Assembly (NCBI GenBank): GCA_963764165.1
Contig: CAVXRD010000001.1
Coordinates: 448,001 to 512,000 of the forward strand
DNA length: 64,000 nt
Reading direction: 5' to 3'
Source of the DNA: an uncultured Verrucomicrobiae bacterium
Lineage (GTDB): Bacteria; Verrucomicrobiota; Verrucomicrobiia; Limisphaerales; Palsa-1400
Both the position numbers and the translations under genes were made by a program. Shown here piece after piece: positions 17,357-27,134 of the stretch. The notes under the pieces are model-generated. The model did not search any database. It saw only the letters and a list, made by a program, of their open reading frames with translations, and was not told the origin of the DNA. Positions within the stretch are counted from its first letter, which is position 1. Each line of letters starts with the position of its first letter.

Positions 17357-19422
17357 ACCGGATTCTTATTGTTGACGATAAGGAGGAGAATCTTTATTAC
17401 CTCGAGGCTCTGCTGGCCGCCAGCGGCTACACGGTTGAATCCGCGCGCCACGGCGCCGAGGCGCTTGTCAAGGCGCGGCAGAACGCCCCGGATATTGTCA
17501 TCTCCGACCTGCTGATGCCGGTGATGGACGGCTACACGCTGCTGCGCCTTTGGAAGGCCGACGCGCGGTTGAAATCGGTGCCTTTTATTGTTTATACGGC
17601 CACCTACACTGATCCGGAGGACGAAAAACTGGCGTTGAGCCTGGGCGCGGATGCCTTCATTCTCAAGCCGTCCGAGCCGGACGATTTTCTCGCCAAGCTG
17701 CGCCAGGCGGAGACCAACGCGGCCTCCACTCATCCCGCTCCGCCCAAGCGTCCCGAGGGTGGCGAAAAGGAGCTGCTCAAGGTTTACAGCGAAACGCTCA
17801 TCCGCAAGCTCGAGGAAAAGACGCTGCAATTGGAGGAAAGCAATCGCGCCCTGCAACTGGACATTGCGAAGAGGACGAAAGCGGAGGAGGAACTGCGCTG
17901 GAAGACGGCCTTCCTCGAGGCCCAAGTCGACTCGTCCCTCGACGGCATCCTGGTGGTTGACAGCGAGGGGAAGAAATTGCTCCAAAATCTGCGCATGATC
18001 GAGTTGTGGAAAATCCCGCCCCCCATCGCCGAGAACAAGGATGATGCCGCGCAAATCGCCTACGTCACCAGCCAGACGCGGAACCCCGCTGCGTTCGCCG
18101 AAAAGGTCGCCTACTTGAATTCCAATTCCAACGAAGTGAGCCAGGACGAAATTGAACTTTTGGACGGCACAATATTAGACCGGTATTCCTCCCCGGTGCG
18201 CGACAAGGGCGGGAATTATTATGGGCGAATCTGGGTCTTTCGCGACGTGACCCGCCATCGCAAACTGGAAGACCAATTGCGCCAGTCGCAAAAAATGGAG
18301 GCCTTCGGGCAATTGGCCAGCGGTGTGGCCCACGACTTCAATAACATCCTGATGGTGATCCAGATGCAGGCGGAATTTTTGAAAATGGCGGAAAATCTGT
18401 CGTTGAAGCAGCTCGATTGCGCGGACGAAATTGTCAAGGCGACCGGGCGAGCCGCCAATCTCACCCGGCAACTGATGCTCTTCAGCCGCAAGCAAGCGAT
18501 GCAGCCCCAGGACGTCCGGCTGAGGGACGTTCTCGAGAGCATGACCAAAATTTTGCATCGCACGCTCGGCGAGCACATTCACCTGCACTTCAAGTTCGCC
18601 CCCGAGCCTTTGTATGTTCATGCGGACTCCAGCATGATTGACCAGGTTCTGCTCAACCTCGCGGTCAATGCCCGCGACGCCATGCCGAAGGGTGGCGACA
18701 TGACGATCGAAGTCTCCGCGTCCGAATTTGATGAGGTCTCCGCCATTCAAGACTCGCAAATTCGGCCTGGCTCATTTGTCTGCTTGAGCGTCACGGACAC
18801 CGGCTGCGGCATCCCGCCGGAAATTCTGCCGCGCATTTTTGAGCCGTTTTTCACCACCAAGGAAGTCGGCAAGGGCACGGGGCTTGGCTTGGCCACGGTC
18901 TTCGGCATCGTCCAGCAGCACAAAGGCTGGATTTATGTTTACAGCGTGGTGGGCAAGGGAACTGCTTTCCGGGTTTATTTTCCGCGCGTGCAGAAGATTT
19001 CCGACGACAAGCCCGCCGTTTCCTCCCGATTTCCCGTGCGCGGCGGCCATGAGACCATTCTGGTCGTGGAGGACGATCCAGCCGTTCGTTTGACAGTCAC
19101 GACGACTCTTTCGCGGCTCGGCTATCATTTGCTGGAAGCGTCGTCCGTCGCCGAGGCGCTTGAAGTCTGGGAGGAGCATCGCGCCGAGATTGCGCTGGTT
19201 TTGACAGACCTCATCATGCCCGGCGGGATGACTGGGAAGGATTTGGCGGAAAAGATCGCCGCCCGGGGCGCGAAGCAGAAATTTATTTTTGCCAGCGGCT
19301 ATAGCGCGGACATCACGGGCGATGATTTTGTCCTGGAGGAAGGCGTCAATTTCCTGGCCAAACCCTTCGACGCGATTCAACTGGCGCAGACGATCCGGAA
19401 TCAGTTGGATCGGCGCTCATGA
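17353..19422 (+). CDS. Hybrid REC-PAS-histidine kinase-REC protein (CckA-like kinase core)
   Basis: ATGA overlap; [61 protein letters not shown]-terminal REC ILVVEDD. Confidence 0.95.
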   Translation: MNRILIVDDKEENLYYLEALLAASGYTVESARHGAEALVKARQNAPDIVISDLLMPVMDGYTLLRLWKADARLKSVPFIVYTATYTDPEDEKLALSLGADAFILKPSEPDDFLAKLRQAETNAASTHPAPPKRPEGGEKELLKVYSETLIRKLEEKTLQLEESNRALQLDIAKRTKAEEELRWKTAFLEAQVDSSLDGILVVDSEGKKLLQNLRMIELWKIPPPIAENKDDAAQIAYVTSQTRNPAAFAEKVAYLNSNSNEVSQDEIELLDGTILDRYSSPVRDKGGNYYGRIWVFRDVTRHRKLEDQLRQSQKMEAFGQLASGVAHDFNNILMVIQMQAEFLKMAENLSLKQLDCADEIVKATGRAANLTRQLMLFSRKQAMQPQDVRLRDVLESMTKILHRTLGEHIHLHFKFAPEPLYVHADSSMIDQVLLNLAVNARDAMPKGGDMTIEVSASEFDEVSAIQDSQIRPGSFVCLSVTDTGCGIPPEILPRIFEPFFTTKEVGKGTGLGLATVFGIVQQHKGWIYVYSVVGKGTAFRVYFPRVQKISDDKPAVSSRFPVRGGHETILVVEDDPAVRLTVTTTLSRLGYHLLEASSVAEALEVWEEHRAEIALVLTDLIMPGGMTGKDLAEKIAARGAKQKFIFASGYSADITGDDFVLEEGVNFLAKPFDAIQLAQTIRNQLDRRS

Positions 19423-20259
19423 TTTTATGTCGCGCACCTGGAAGGCGACGCAGCCGATAATGATAAGCGTGAAATTGTAGCCGCACAAAATGCTGAGGGA
19501 TTCGAATATCTCCGACCACGGAATGCGCTGGTCGAAGATTTTCATCCAGCAATCCATGTGATGCGTGAAAAACCAGTCTTTCAAATCGTGGAACACTGGC
19601 ATGTCCTGGACGACCCTGCTTGTCAATACGAACGATATCGCAAGGATGGTCGCGGCCGCCGGCTTCACGTTGAAGCACGAAAACATCAGCGCCCATCCCA
19701 TCGTCGTGGCGGCGCCGACCGTCATCATCAAAATGGCAACGACGAAGCGCCCCCAGCCTTCGCCAGCTTCGTAAACACCGAAAATGTTGTCGGGCGGGAA
19801 ATAAACGAACAGTCCACCGGTCGGAAACAAGCAGGACGCCACCGCGACGCTGATGACGCCGAGTGAAAAGGCCAGCATGAACGAAAAGATCAGGCCCGCC
19901 ATCCATTTCACCATCGCCAGCCGGAATCGCGAGATGGGGCGTGAGAGTATCATGCGCAATGTGCCATCTTCCGCCTCCTTCGCCAGAAGGTCGCCACCGA
20001 CGAGCGCCACGTAAATCGGCAGCAGCAGCAGCGCGATGGGAAAGAGCGAGGCCACGCACATCGTCAAGTTGGTGATGAACGGCGCGGGATCGTAGCCATT
20101 CAATTGCAGCATGAACGTCAAGTCGTGCCGCGGCCCCTTCGTGTAGCGCAACATCACGAGAATGAGAACCTCCGCCAGCAGGAACGCGCCGAACCCGATG
20201 TAGGTTCGTTTCTTCCCGAACATTTTCCGAAGCTCGTTGCGAAGTTGGAAGTAGAACAT
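19417..20259 (-). CDS. ABC-2 type transporter permease
   Basis: About 6 TM segments; GGDLLAKEAEDGTLRMILSRPISR motif. Confidence 0.9.
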   Translation of the reverse strand: MFYFQLRNELRKMFGKKRTYIGFGAFLLAEVLILVMLRYTKGPRHDLTFMLQLNGYDPAPFITNLTMCVASLFPIALLLLPIYVALVGGDLLAKEAEDGTLRMILSRPISRFRLAMVKWMAGLIFSFMLAFSLGVISVAVASCLFPTGGLFVYFPPDNIFGVYEAGEGWGRFVVAILMMTVGAATTMGWALMFSCFNVKPAAATILAISFVLTSRVVQDMPVFHDLKDWFFTHHMDCWMKIFDQRIPWSEIFESLSILCGYNFTLIIIGCVAFQVRDIKS

Positions 20260-20295
20260 TGGCTTACAAAATCACTCGAATCACAAACAAGGCTT

Positions 20296-20360
20296 GGCAG
20301 GGCGGGGCTCCCGCAGAGCCATTTGCGGAGGGGGTGGCTCGGCGTGAGCCTCGCCCGACC
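20296..20360. repeat. REP-like inverted repeat inside the ABC operon spacer
   Basis: GGCAGGGCGGGGCTCCCGCAGAGCCA ... TGGCTCGGCGTGAGCCTCGCCCGACC. Confidence 0.8.
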
Positions 20361-20388
20361 GGTCTCACACGTTGATTGGCGCACCCGG

Positions 20389-21276
20389 TCATTTCTTCAT
20401 CAACCCCAGGTAAAAGCTCTCCAGGGTTTCCTCCTCGGGGGCGATTTCAAAAACCGCATGCTTGCGCTCCACCAATCGTTCCACAATTTGATTCGTCGCA
20501 ACTCCGGGTGAAGGAAGGATGAACTGACCTTCGCGCTCATTGGCGATCATGTTCGACTCGCGGAGAATTTGGGTGGCTTCCACAAAATTCCCAGCCTTCA
20601 GCCGAATCCACCCGCCGCGAGAGCGCGTCTCGGAAATGCTGCCCTGGAAAACTTTGCGCCCTTGGTTCATCACCGCAATCGAATGGCAAACCTGCTCCAT
20701 CTCCGCCAGCAGATGTGACGAAACCAGAATCGTAAGACCCAGTTCGCGATGCAGCCGCTGAATGGTCAACCGCATTTCGTGGATGCCTTCGGGATCGAGT
20801 CCGTTGCTGGGCTCGTCAAGTATAAGCAGTTCCGGGTTGGGCAGCAGGGCCTGGCCGAGCGCGAGGCGCGCCTTCATGCCGTGCGAATAGGTTTGCACGC
20901 GGTCCTGAATGCGTTTGCCCAGCCCAACCCATTCCACGACCTCCTGGATGCGCGCCTTTGAGGTCGGCGCGGTATAGAAGCTGAGAATCTCGAGGTTTTT
21001 CCAGCCGCTTAATTCCGTGTAAAAGGCGGGCGCCTCAAAAATCGCGCCCACTCGTTGCAGCGCTTGGCGGCGGTCGCGCGTGATGTCATAACCGCAGACG
21101 GTGAGTTCGCCGGAAGTCGGCCAGACCTGTCCGAGCATCATGCCAATGGCGGTGCTTTTTCCCGCGCCGTTGTGGCCGAGCAGCCCGAAAATTTCGCCCT
21201 TGGGCACGGCGAGCGAAACATCAATGACCGCCGGCTTCCGCTTAAACGTTTTGCTGACGTTCCGCAATTCGATCAT
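20389..21276 (-). CDS. ABC transporter ATP-binding protein (exporter type)
   Basis: Walker A GHNGAGKS; signature YSHGMK; Walker B LLILDEP; SSH switch. Confidence 0.95.
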   Translation of the reverse strand: MIELRNVSKTFKRKPAVIDVSLAVPKGEIFGLLGHNGAGKSTAIGMMLGQVWPTSGELTVCGYDITRDRRQALQRVGAIFEAPAFYTELSGWKNLEILSFYTAPTSKARIQEVVEWVGLGKRIQDRVQTYSHGMKARLALGQALLPNPELLILDEPSNGLDPEGIHEMRLTIQRLHRELGLTILVSSHLLAEMEQVCHSIAVMNQGRKVFQGSISETRSRGGWIRLKAGNFVEATQILRESNMIANEREGQFILPSPGVATNQIVERLVERKHAVFEIAPEEETLESFYLGLMKK

Positions 21277-21923
21277 TGCGCGCCTGGAAAGATGAGAAGG
21301 TTTTTGATGTGGCTGTCCGCGTAAAGATAGTTGACAGCGTGCTTCGAGCCGAGAAGGGAATGAAAACTCTGCTTGTCAAACACGACAGGGATTTTCGAAT
21401 TGCCGGGAGTCATGCCCATGACTTTCAGTTGGTTCGCGTTTTGCCCGTTGAGAAGATTGTTCCAGGAGTAACTCGAACCCGTTAGCTGGAAGATTTGCTG
21501 GTTGTCCGACGGGCAGCGCAGCACATTAGTCGAACCCAATTGCGGAGCCAGCACGACATCGATGGTCGCAAGATTCGTGTCCGCGTTGGTCAGCGGCATA
21601 TCGTACATGGTCGGCATGATGTTGTGGCTGTCGTCCACGTACATTTGAAGCGCGACACCTGTCTGGTGAAGGTTGCTTTGGCAGACCGCCGAATGGCCTG
21701 ATTCCTTGCCCCGGCCCATTGCGGGCAAAATCATCGCGGCAAGAAGTGCGATGATGGACATCACGACGAGCAATTCCACCAGTGTGAACGCCGAATAATT
21801 TGGCAGGGCGGGACTCCGTCGAGCCCTGAAATTCCGGGAGGTGTCGGTTGCGAAAAACGCATCAAATCCAGTCACGGCTCGACAGAGTCTCGCCCTGCCG
21901 AATTTATTATATAAACCACGCAT
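21273..21923 (-). CDS. Prepilin-type N-terminal cleavage/methylation protein (H-X9-DG/DUF1559-like family)
   Basis: SA|FTLVELLVVMSIIALLAAMILPA; CQSNLHQ; LRCPSD; C-terminal VNYLYADSHI; start coupled to the upstream stop (TAATG). Confidence 0.9.
   Translation of the reverse strand: MRGLYNKFGRARLCRAVTGFDAFFATDTSRNFRARRSPALPNYSAFTLVELLVVMSIIALLAAMILPAMGRGKESGHSAVCQSNLHQTGVALQMYVDDSHNIMPTMYDMPLTNADTNLATIDVVLAPQLGSTNVLRCPSDNQQIFQLTGSSYSWNNLLNGQNANQLKVMGMTPGNSKIPVVFDKQSFHSLLGSKHAVNYLYADSHIKNLLIFPGAQ
21802..21899. repeat. REP/REPIN-like inverted repeat lying inside the prepilin coding sequence
   Basis: GGCAGGGCGGGACTCCGTCGAGCC ... GGCTCGACAGAGTCTCGCCCTGCC; same family as 7711-7790. Confidence 0.9.
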
Positions 21924-22546
21924 TAATGCCCTCCCCGGAACAATCTCCCTGTCTCCATGTTCTTCTGGATTTCCTCCAAAAGCGGCGCAAGCTCAGCCTT
22001 CGTCTCGGCCGAACTGCTGCTGTAAACCGAGTTCAATCCGATGGTCGTCACCCGCTGCTGCAATTCCGGGCTTAGCACTGGCGGCGCATTGCTGCCAGAG
22101 GGGGCGTTGGTGGAATTGTCCGTGGGACTCTCCCGCTGTTCCCGAAGTCTTTTGACGGCGTCAGCAATGGCGCGCTGGCGTTTGTCCGCCGGCTGCTGTT
22201 CAAACGCTGTCAGCATCTGATGAAATCCCGACGGCAATGTTGCGTCGAGAAATTCGCCTTTCTCCGCTTCAGTCATCTCATCGAACCACGGCTCCCACAT
22301 GCGTTCGATGCGCGAGTGGTGGCGATCCTCCGCCGACAGGGCGTTGATTTTATCGGCCAGGCGGCGCAACGCTTTGGCGCGGTCGGCGGCGGACAATTTG
22401 GAGAGATCGGTGCTTTCGAGGTAGGCGCGCAGCTTCTCGGGCGTCATTTTGAAGCAACCCGCCAGGACGTAGCCGCCCAGTGCCAGCAGCCAAACGGCGG
22501 CAATGGCGGCTGCGGCCAATTTTAACGGCCGATAACGCGCGTTCAT
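21923..22546 (-). CDS. Hypothetical membrane-anchored alpha-helical protein
   Basis: N-terminal TM (LAAAAIAAVWLLALGGYVLAG) then a charged helical region; stop overlaps the next start. Confidence 0.85.
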   Translation of the reverse strand: MNARYRPLKLAAAAIAAVWLLALGGYVLAGCFKMTPEKLRAYLESTDLSKLSAADRAKALRRLADKINALSAEDRHHSRIERMWEPWFDEMTEAEKGEFLDATLPSGFHQMLTAFEQQPADKRQRAIADAVKRLREQRESPTDNSTNAPSGSNAPPVLSPELQQRVTTIGLNSVYSSSSAETKAELAPLLEEIQKNMETGRLFRGGH

Positions 22547-22552
22547 GGCTCA

Positions 22553-22580
22553 AGTGTATTCGGCCTCGGGCGATTTGCAA
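22553..22580 (-). promoter_or_regulatory. Candidate sigma70 promoter giving a leaderless mRNA
   Basis: TTGCAA-N16-TACACT then 6 nt to the ATG at 22546. Confidence 0.55.
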
Positions 22581-22586
22581 CCCGTC

Positions 22587-22796
22587 TCACAACTCATCTT
22601 CCCGCTCGGTGTAGAATAACCGGTGGGCGCAGTCGTAATCCGCCTCATCGACGAGCACCTGGGTGGAACGGTTCAGGTCGCCGTCGTCGGGCGCGGAAGG
22701 ATCGGCCCATTGCTGGGTGGCGCCGATGCCGTGCTTTTCCAGCATGGCGACCATCAACTCAGCATTGACTAATGGGCCGGTGTAAAAGAGTTTCAT
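22587..22796 (-). CDS. Small DUF2007-like putative signal-transducing protein
   Basis: 69 aa; NAELMVAMLEKHGI ... VLVDEADYDCA pattern. Confidence 0.75.
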   Translation of the reverse strand: MKLFYTGPLVNAELMVAMLEKHGIGATQQWADPSAPDDGDLNRSTQVLVDEADYDCAHRLFYTEREDEL

Positions 22797-22882
22797 TCCC
22801 CTGTGCGGGCGGAGCTTGACCGAAACTTTTCCCGCGATAGTTGTTTAATGTTAAGCAATCGTATGATATGGAAGTTAGCCGC

Positions 22883-25800
22883 ATGCAGACGCTCTTGAAA
22901 AGCCCCAACGGAGGCGGGGCTGAATCCCGTTTCGCGAAAAAGGGGCGCGAGCGCTTTTTTGGCATGGGCTGGGGGCTGGTGGCGCTCCTGATGATTTGGC
23001 TGGGCGACGCGGTTCAGGCCCGGCAAATTTCGGAGTACAGGGATCTGATCGACGCCATTAATTCGAGCAACGTCATCACGGCTTTCGCCAGCAATGCCAC
23101 CATCAATCTGACCGCACCCGGGCAGACAATTCAGATCACGAAAAATGTCCAGATTGATGGCGGCTCGAATGGCGTTGTTATCGATGGCAACGGCAGTACA
23201 CGGATTTTCGACATCCACGCTGGTGTCACGCTGCGGCTTTACAACCTGCAGGTCATCAACGGCTCGGCCTCCATTGGGGGCGGGATTTTTAATTCAGGCA
23301 CCCTGATTATCAGCAACTGCCTGGTGGCGGGAAATTCCGCCACCAACGTTTCCGGCGCCAGCGGCGGCCCCAATACCACCGGCGGCGATGGCGGGAGCGG
23401 ATCCTCCGGCCAGCCCGCCTATGGCGGAGCCATCTACAGCCAGGGGCCGCTTTATATCTATAATTCGATTGTTGGCACCAACAGCGCGTTCGCGGGCAAC
23501 GGAGGCGCCGGCGGCGCGGGTTCGGCGCCGGGTTTCGGCAGCGCCTTTGGCGGGATCGGTGGAAACGGCGGCAGCGGCGGCAACGCTTACGGCGCGGCCA
23601 TCTACAGCACTAGCGGTCCCAATGTATTCGTTTACACTGAATTTTTTGACAACTCGTGCGCCGCGGGCTCTGGCGCGGGCGGCGGGGCGTCGGGCGGCGG
23701 GGCCTTTCCCGGCCCGGGCGGCGGTGGAGGGACGGGCGGTTCGGCCATCGGCGGGGCGGTCTTTGTCTCCGGATCGCTCTTCATGACGAATTGCGTTTTT
23801 TGGGGAAATACCGTGACCGGCGGCGCCAGCGGCGAGGATGACAGTGGCAATGGGGGGCAGTCGGGTGGTTCAGCGCAGGCGGGCGGTCTTTACGTTGCTT
23901 CCGGGACTTCTGAGGCCATCCTTCAAAACGACGAATTCTTCCAAAATACCTGCACTGGCGGCGCGGGCGGGGCAGGCACTGGAAGCCTGGACGGTTCTTC
24001 TGTATCTGGAGGCGGCGGCGGTTCTGTTGAGGGAGGTGGACTTGTAAGCGCCGCCTCCTTGATGACTCTTCGCTATTGCACCATAGCCAACAATTCTCTC
24101 AATGCCGGATCGGGAGGGGCTGGCAGTTCGAGCGCCGCCTCGTCTGGCAATGCCACCGGCTTTGATATTTTCGGAGCTGGCGGCGCCATCACTATAAAGG
24201 GATCGCTCATTTCGGGCGGCGGCAACGGTATTCCCAACACTGTTGGAGTCACCGACGCGGGCTACAATGTCAGCTCAGATTCAAGCATGGGGCGCCTCTA
24301 TTCTACGACCATTATCAACACTGATCCTCAGTTGGAGGGCGGCTTGGAAAACAATGGCGGGCCCGCCATCGGGCCCACTAATATTCTTGACGGCCCTGTT
24401 TTTGAAACAGTTGATGTTGTCCCCGACAGTGTGGCGGTCGGCTTTGAGCCAGGCGTGCCCGGCCTGACTTTTCCGGCGACCGATGCCGCGGGCTATCTCC
24501 GCAGCACTCCCACCACGGCTGGCGCCCTCGAGGGCAACCCCCTTACTCTTGACACCAACATTGGGGTGACCGTTTTGTCGCTTTCTGGAGATTCAACGAT
24601 CGGCGTTGGCGGGACGGTTACGCTGTCAGTCTCGGCCACCGCCACCGCCACCAATTACTCTATCGTTGACACGAACACGACCGGAACGAACAGCCTTGGC
24701 ACCAACGCCATCTCTACCAATACGATTACGACGACCGATGTTTCCAGCACCCTTGGGTATCAGTGGCAGCTAGGGGGGGTGAGCATATTTGACGGATCGA
24801 CGTATAGCGGAACCGCCACACCGAATTTGGAGATTAAGAATGCGGGCGGAGCGCAATCGGGGGAATACACCGTTGTGGTGAGCCCGTCCATGTTGGAAAC
24901 CGCCGCCACCAGCGCGCCAGTCACTGTGTCCGTCAAAGTTCCGCTGAAAATCACATCCGAACCCGCCAGCAAGAAAGTGCCTTACGGATCGGAAGCCAAG
25001 TTCACCGTCAAAGCAACCGGCTCACAGCCATTGGCCTACCAGTGGTATCAGCTTGCTCCGGATGGGGGCTCCAATATCTTAAGTGACGATGGCGTAAACA
25101 TCAGCGGAGCCACCGATGCGACGTTGCTGATCGAATCCGCCGTGACCAACGACACGGGCATCTTGACTAACGACGCCGGCAGTTACTTCGTCATTGTTTC
25201 TGACAAGTTTCACACGAACACCAGTTCCCGCGCCGCTCTTACCCTTGCTCCTGATAAGACAAAGCCATCGATCAAATTCGTTTCGCCCGCCTCCGGAGCG
25301 CGCGCGACTAATTTCACCGTCACTGGCACCGCCACCGATAACGCGCAAGTGGCTTACGTCAATTATTGGATTACGAATGCCGGAGCCCCCCCCTACACGA
25401 ACGTGGCCACTCTTTCCACCAATAACACCACAACCAAGACGTGGACGGTGACCAACGGATTTTCGCCAGGGCTGAATTATCTGGAGGTGCAGGCGGTGGA
25501 TGAAAGCGGCCTCGCTTCGCCCATTGAGACTCGCAAGTTTTTCTTGCTAACAGCATCGACCCTGCACCTCACCAATGGTGCGCGCGGCACAGTCAAAGGG
25601 ACGGCATTGGTCAAGGGTGACACGGCGCCGACGAATGGCGCGGTGTTGATCGTCGGCGATAGTTACAAGCTGACCGCCACGCCCGACAAAGGCTACTTGC
25701 TAAGGCGTTGGATAACGAATGGCGAGTATGCCGGCAATTCCGCAACTCTCACCTTCGTCATGCAATCAAACTTGACGATTATCGACACGTTCGTCACCAA

Positions 25801-26803
25801 TCGCTTCGAGGAATACGGGACGTTTGGAACCTACAATGGCTTGTTCTCTGTCACCGACGAACCTTCCCCTGATAATTCTGGCATGGTGAAGAATTTGAAA
25901 CTTGGCCAAAGCGGAACGTTTACTGGCAGTCTTTTGCTGCATGGCCAAACATACGCCCTGGACGGGTTCTTTGGCGGGAACGGGCAGGCTAGCAATTACG
26001 TCAAACGCACGCACGCCCAAGGCGGTCCGCTGGTGCTGCAAATGACGAACGCAGTGGATAGCGCCATCATCACTGGCAGCGTATCTGATGAGCAATCCGG
26101 CTGGGTAGCGACGCTGGAGGCCGAAAAATCCATGGGAAGTTCGCCTTCAGCCGAATACACCATTCTATTGACACCGGATTCCACCAGCAACGCGGTGCCC
26201 GGAGATGGCTATTTCCTCGTCACCAACCACAATGGCAGCGTCACTCTAACCGGTGCGCTCGCCGACGGCACGGCCATCAGTCAATCGACCCCGCTTTCAT
26301 TTTTGGGAAATGTGCCAGTCTTCTCGGACACAATATATGGAGGCAAGGGTTTGCTCCAGGGCTGGATCAATCTTTCCAATGGAACAGTATTTGCGAATTC
26401 GATGACGTGGGTCAGGCCCGCTGCCAAGCCCGGGATTTACGCCGCCGGTTTCACCAACCTGCTGGACGTATCCGGCGCCGGCTGGACAAATGGCCTGTCC
26501 GCTGGGATCTCCGATACAAACGCGATGCTGGCGATTGATGATCCCAGCACCGGATTCACATTGCCGTATATTGCCGCCATCTCTGACAATGCTATTCTCC
26601 AATCTCCGGCAACTACGAATTACATCCCTAATTCGCTAAAGGGCACGATCGCTCCCAAGACAGGTTTGATGACAATCACCTTTGGAACGGGCGTTGGAAA
26701 ATCCACCATCGTTGGGCACGGTGTTCTCCTCCAAAACGGCACCAACGGCGGCGGTTATTTCGTCACGAAGACCAGCACGGGATCAATCTTGTTGACACCT
26801 TAA
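22883..26803 (+). CDS. Large secreted surface protein: Gly-rich beta-helix, choice-of-anchor-Q-like segment, Ig domains, InlB-B-like repeat, beta-rich C-terminal domain
   Basis: Signal peptide; IDGNGSTRIF, GGGIFNSGTL, repeated G-rich GGAIY/GGAVF blocks; DAGYNVSSD...DPQL...NNGGP; Ig motifs YQWQ/YQWY; LTATPDKGY..W; start uncertain (22841-22964). Confidence 0.88.
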   Translation: MQTLLKSPNGGGAESRFAKKGRERFFGMGWGLVALLMIWLGDAVQARQISEYRDLIDAINSSNVITAFASNATINLTAPGQTIQITKNVQIDGGSNGVVIDGNGSTRIFDIHAGVTLRLYNLQVINGSASIGGGIFNSGTLIISNCLVAGNSATNVSGASGGPNTTGGDGGSGSSGQPAYGGAIYSQGPLYIYNSIVGTNSAFAGNGGAGGAGSAPGFGSAFGGIGGNGGSGGNAYGAAIYSTSGPNVFVYTEFFDNSCAAGSGAGGGASGGGAFPGPGGGGGTGGSAIGGAVFVSGSLFMTNCVFWGNTVTGGASGEDDSGNGGQSGGSAQAGGLYVASGTSEAILQNDEFFQNTCTGGAGGAGTGSLDGSSVSGGGGGSVEGGGLVSAASLMTLRYCTIANNSLNAGSGGAGSSSAASSGNATGFDIFGAGGAITIKGSLISGGGNGIPNTVGVTDAGYNVSSDSSMGRLYSTTIINTDPQLEGGLENNGGPAIGPTNILDGPVFETVDVVPDSVAVGFEPGVPGLTFPATDAAGYLRSTPTTAGALEGNPLTLDTNIGVTVLSLSGDSTIGVGGTVTLSVSATATATNYSIVDTNTTGTNSLGTNAISTNTITTTDVSSTLGYQWQLGGVSIFDGSTYSGTATPNLEIKNAGGAQSGEYTVVVSPSMLETAATSAPVTVSVKVPLKITSEPASKKVPYGSEAKFTVKATGSQPLAYQWYQLAPDGGSNILSDDGVNISGATDATLLIESAVTNDTGILTNDAGSYFVIVSDKFHTNTSSRAALTLAPDKTKPSIKFVSPASGARATNFTVTGTATDNAQVAYVNYWITNAGAPPYTNVATLSTNNTTTKTWTVTNGFSPGLNYLEVQAVDESGLASPIETRKFFLLTASTLHLTNGARGTVKGTALVKGDTAPTNGAVLIVGDSYKLTATPDKGYLLRRWITNGEYAGNSATLTFVMQSNLTIIDTFVTNRFEEYGTFGTYNGLFSVTDEPSPDNSGMVKNLKLGQSGTFTGSLLLHGQTYALDGFFGGNGQASNYVKRTHAQGGPLVLQMTNAVDSAIITGSVSDEQSGWVATLEAEKSMGSSPSAEYTILLTPDSTSNAVPGDGYFLVTNHNGSVTLTGALADGTAISQSTPLSFLGNVPVFSDTIYGGKGLLQGWINLSNGTVFANSMTWVRPAAKPGIYAAGFTNLLDVSGAGWTNGLSAGISDTNAMLAIDDPSTGFTLPYIAAISDNAILQSPATTNYIPNSLKGTIAPKTGLMTITFGTGVGKSTIVGHGVLLQNGTNGGGYFVTKTSTGSILLTP

Positions 26804-26815
26804 TGGAAAGCTAAA

Positions 26816-26848
26816 AGGCAGGGACGCCTCGGCGAGGCGTCCCTGCCT
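26816..26848. terminator. Perfect 15-bp-stem palindrome (REP-type) between convergent genes
   Basis: AGGCAGGGACGCCTC-GGC-GAGGCGTCCCTGCCT; 27 nt identical to 58338-58364. Confidence 0.75.
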
Positions 26849-27134
26849 CGGAATCTAGATGCGTCTGCCCTGCCCGGCAGAAGCCTCGCCCTTCCCCTGC
26901 CCTGGTAAAAATTTAAAGGAAGGGGATCTCATAAATTTTCAAGCCTGCCCTGTTAAACGGGGATCCCAACTTGTCCCGGCGCCCAAAACAAAAACATTCG
27001 AACAGGAGAAAGACCGGGGGCGCAGAGATGAAGACCATTCGGGGAAAGGGCATTTTTCTCTGCGCTCTCGGTTTTCCTCCTGTTTAATTTCAAAGGCACT
27101 AGAGTTGACTCTGATACCGCCGCGTCCTGGCAAT

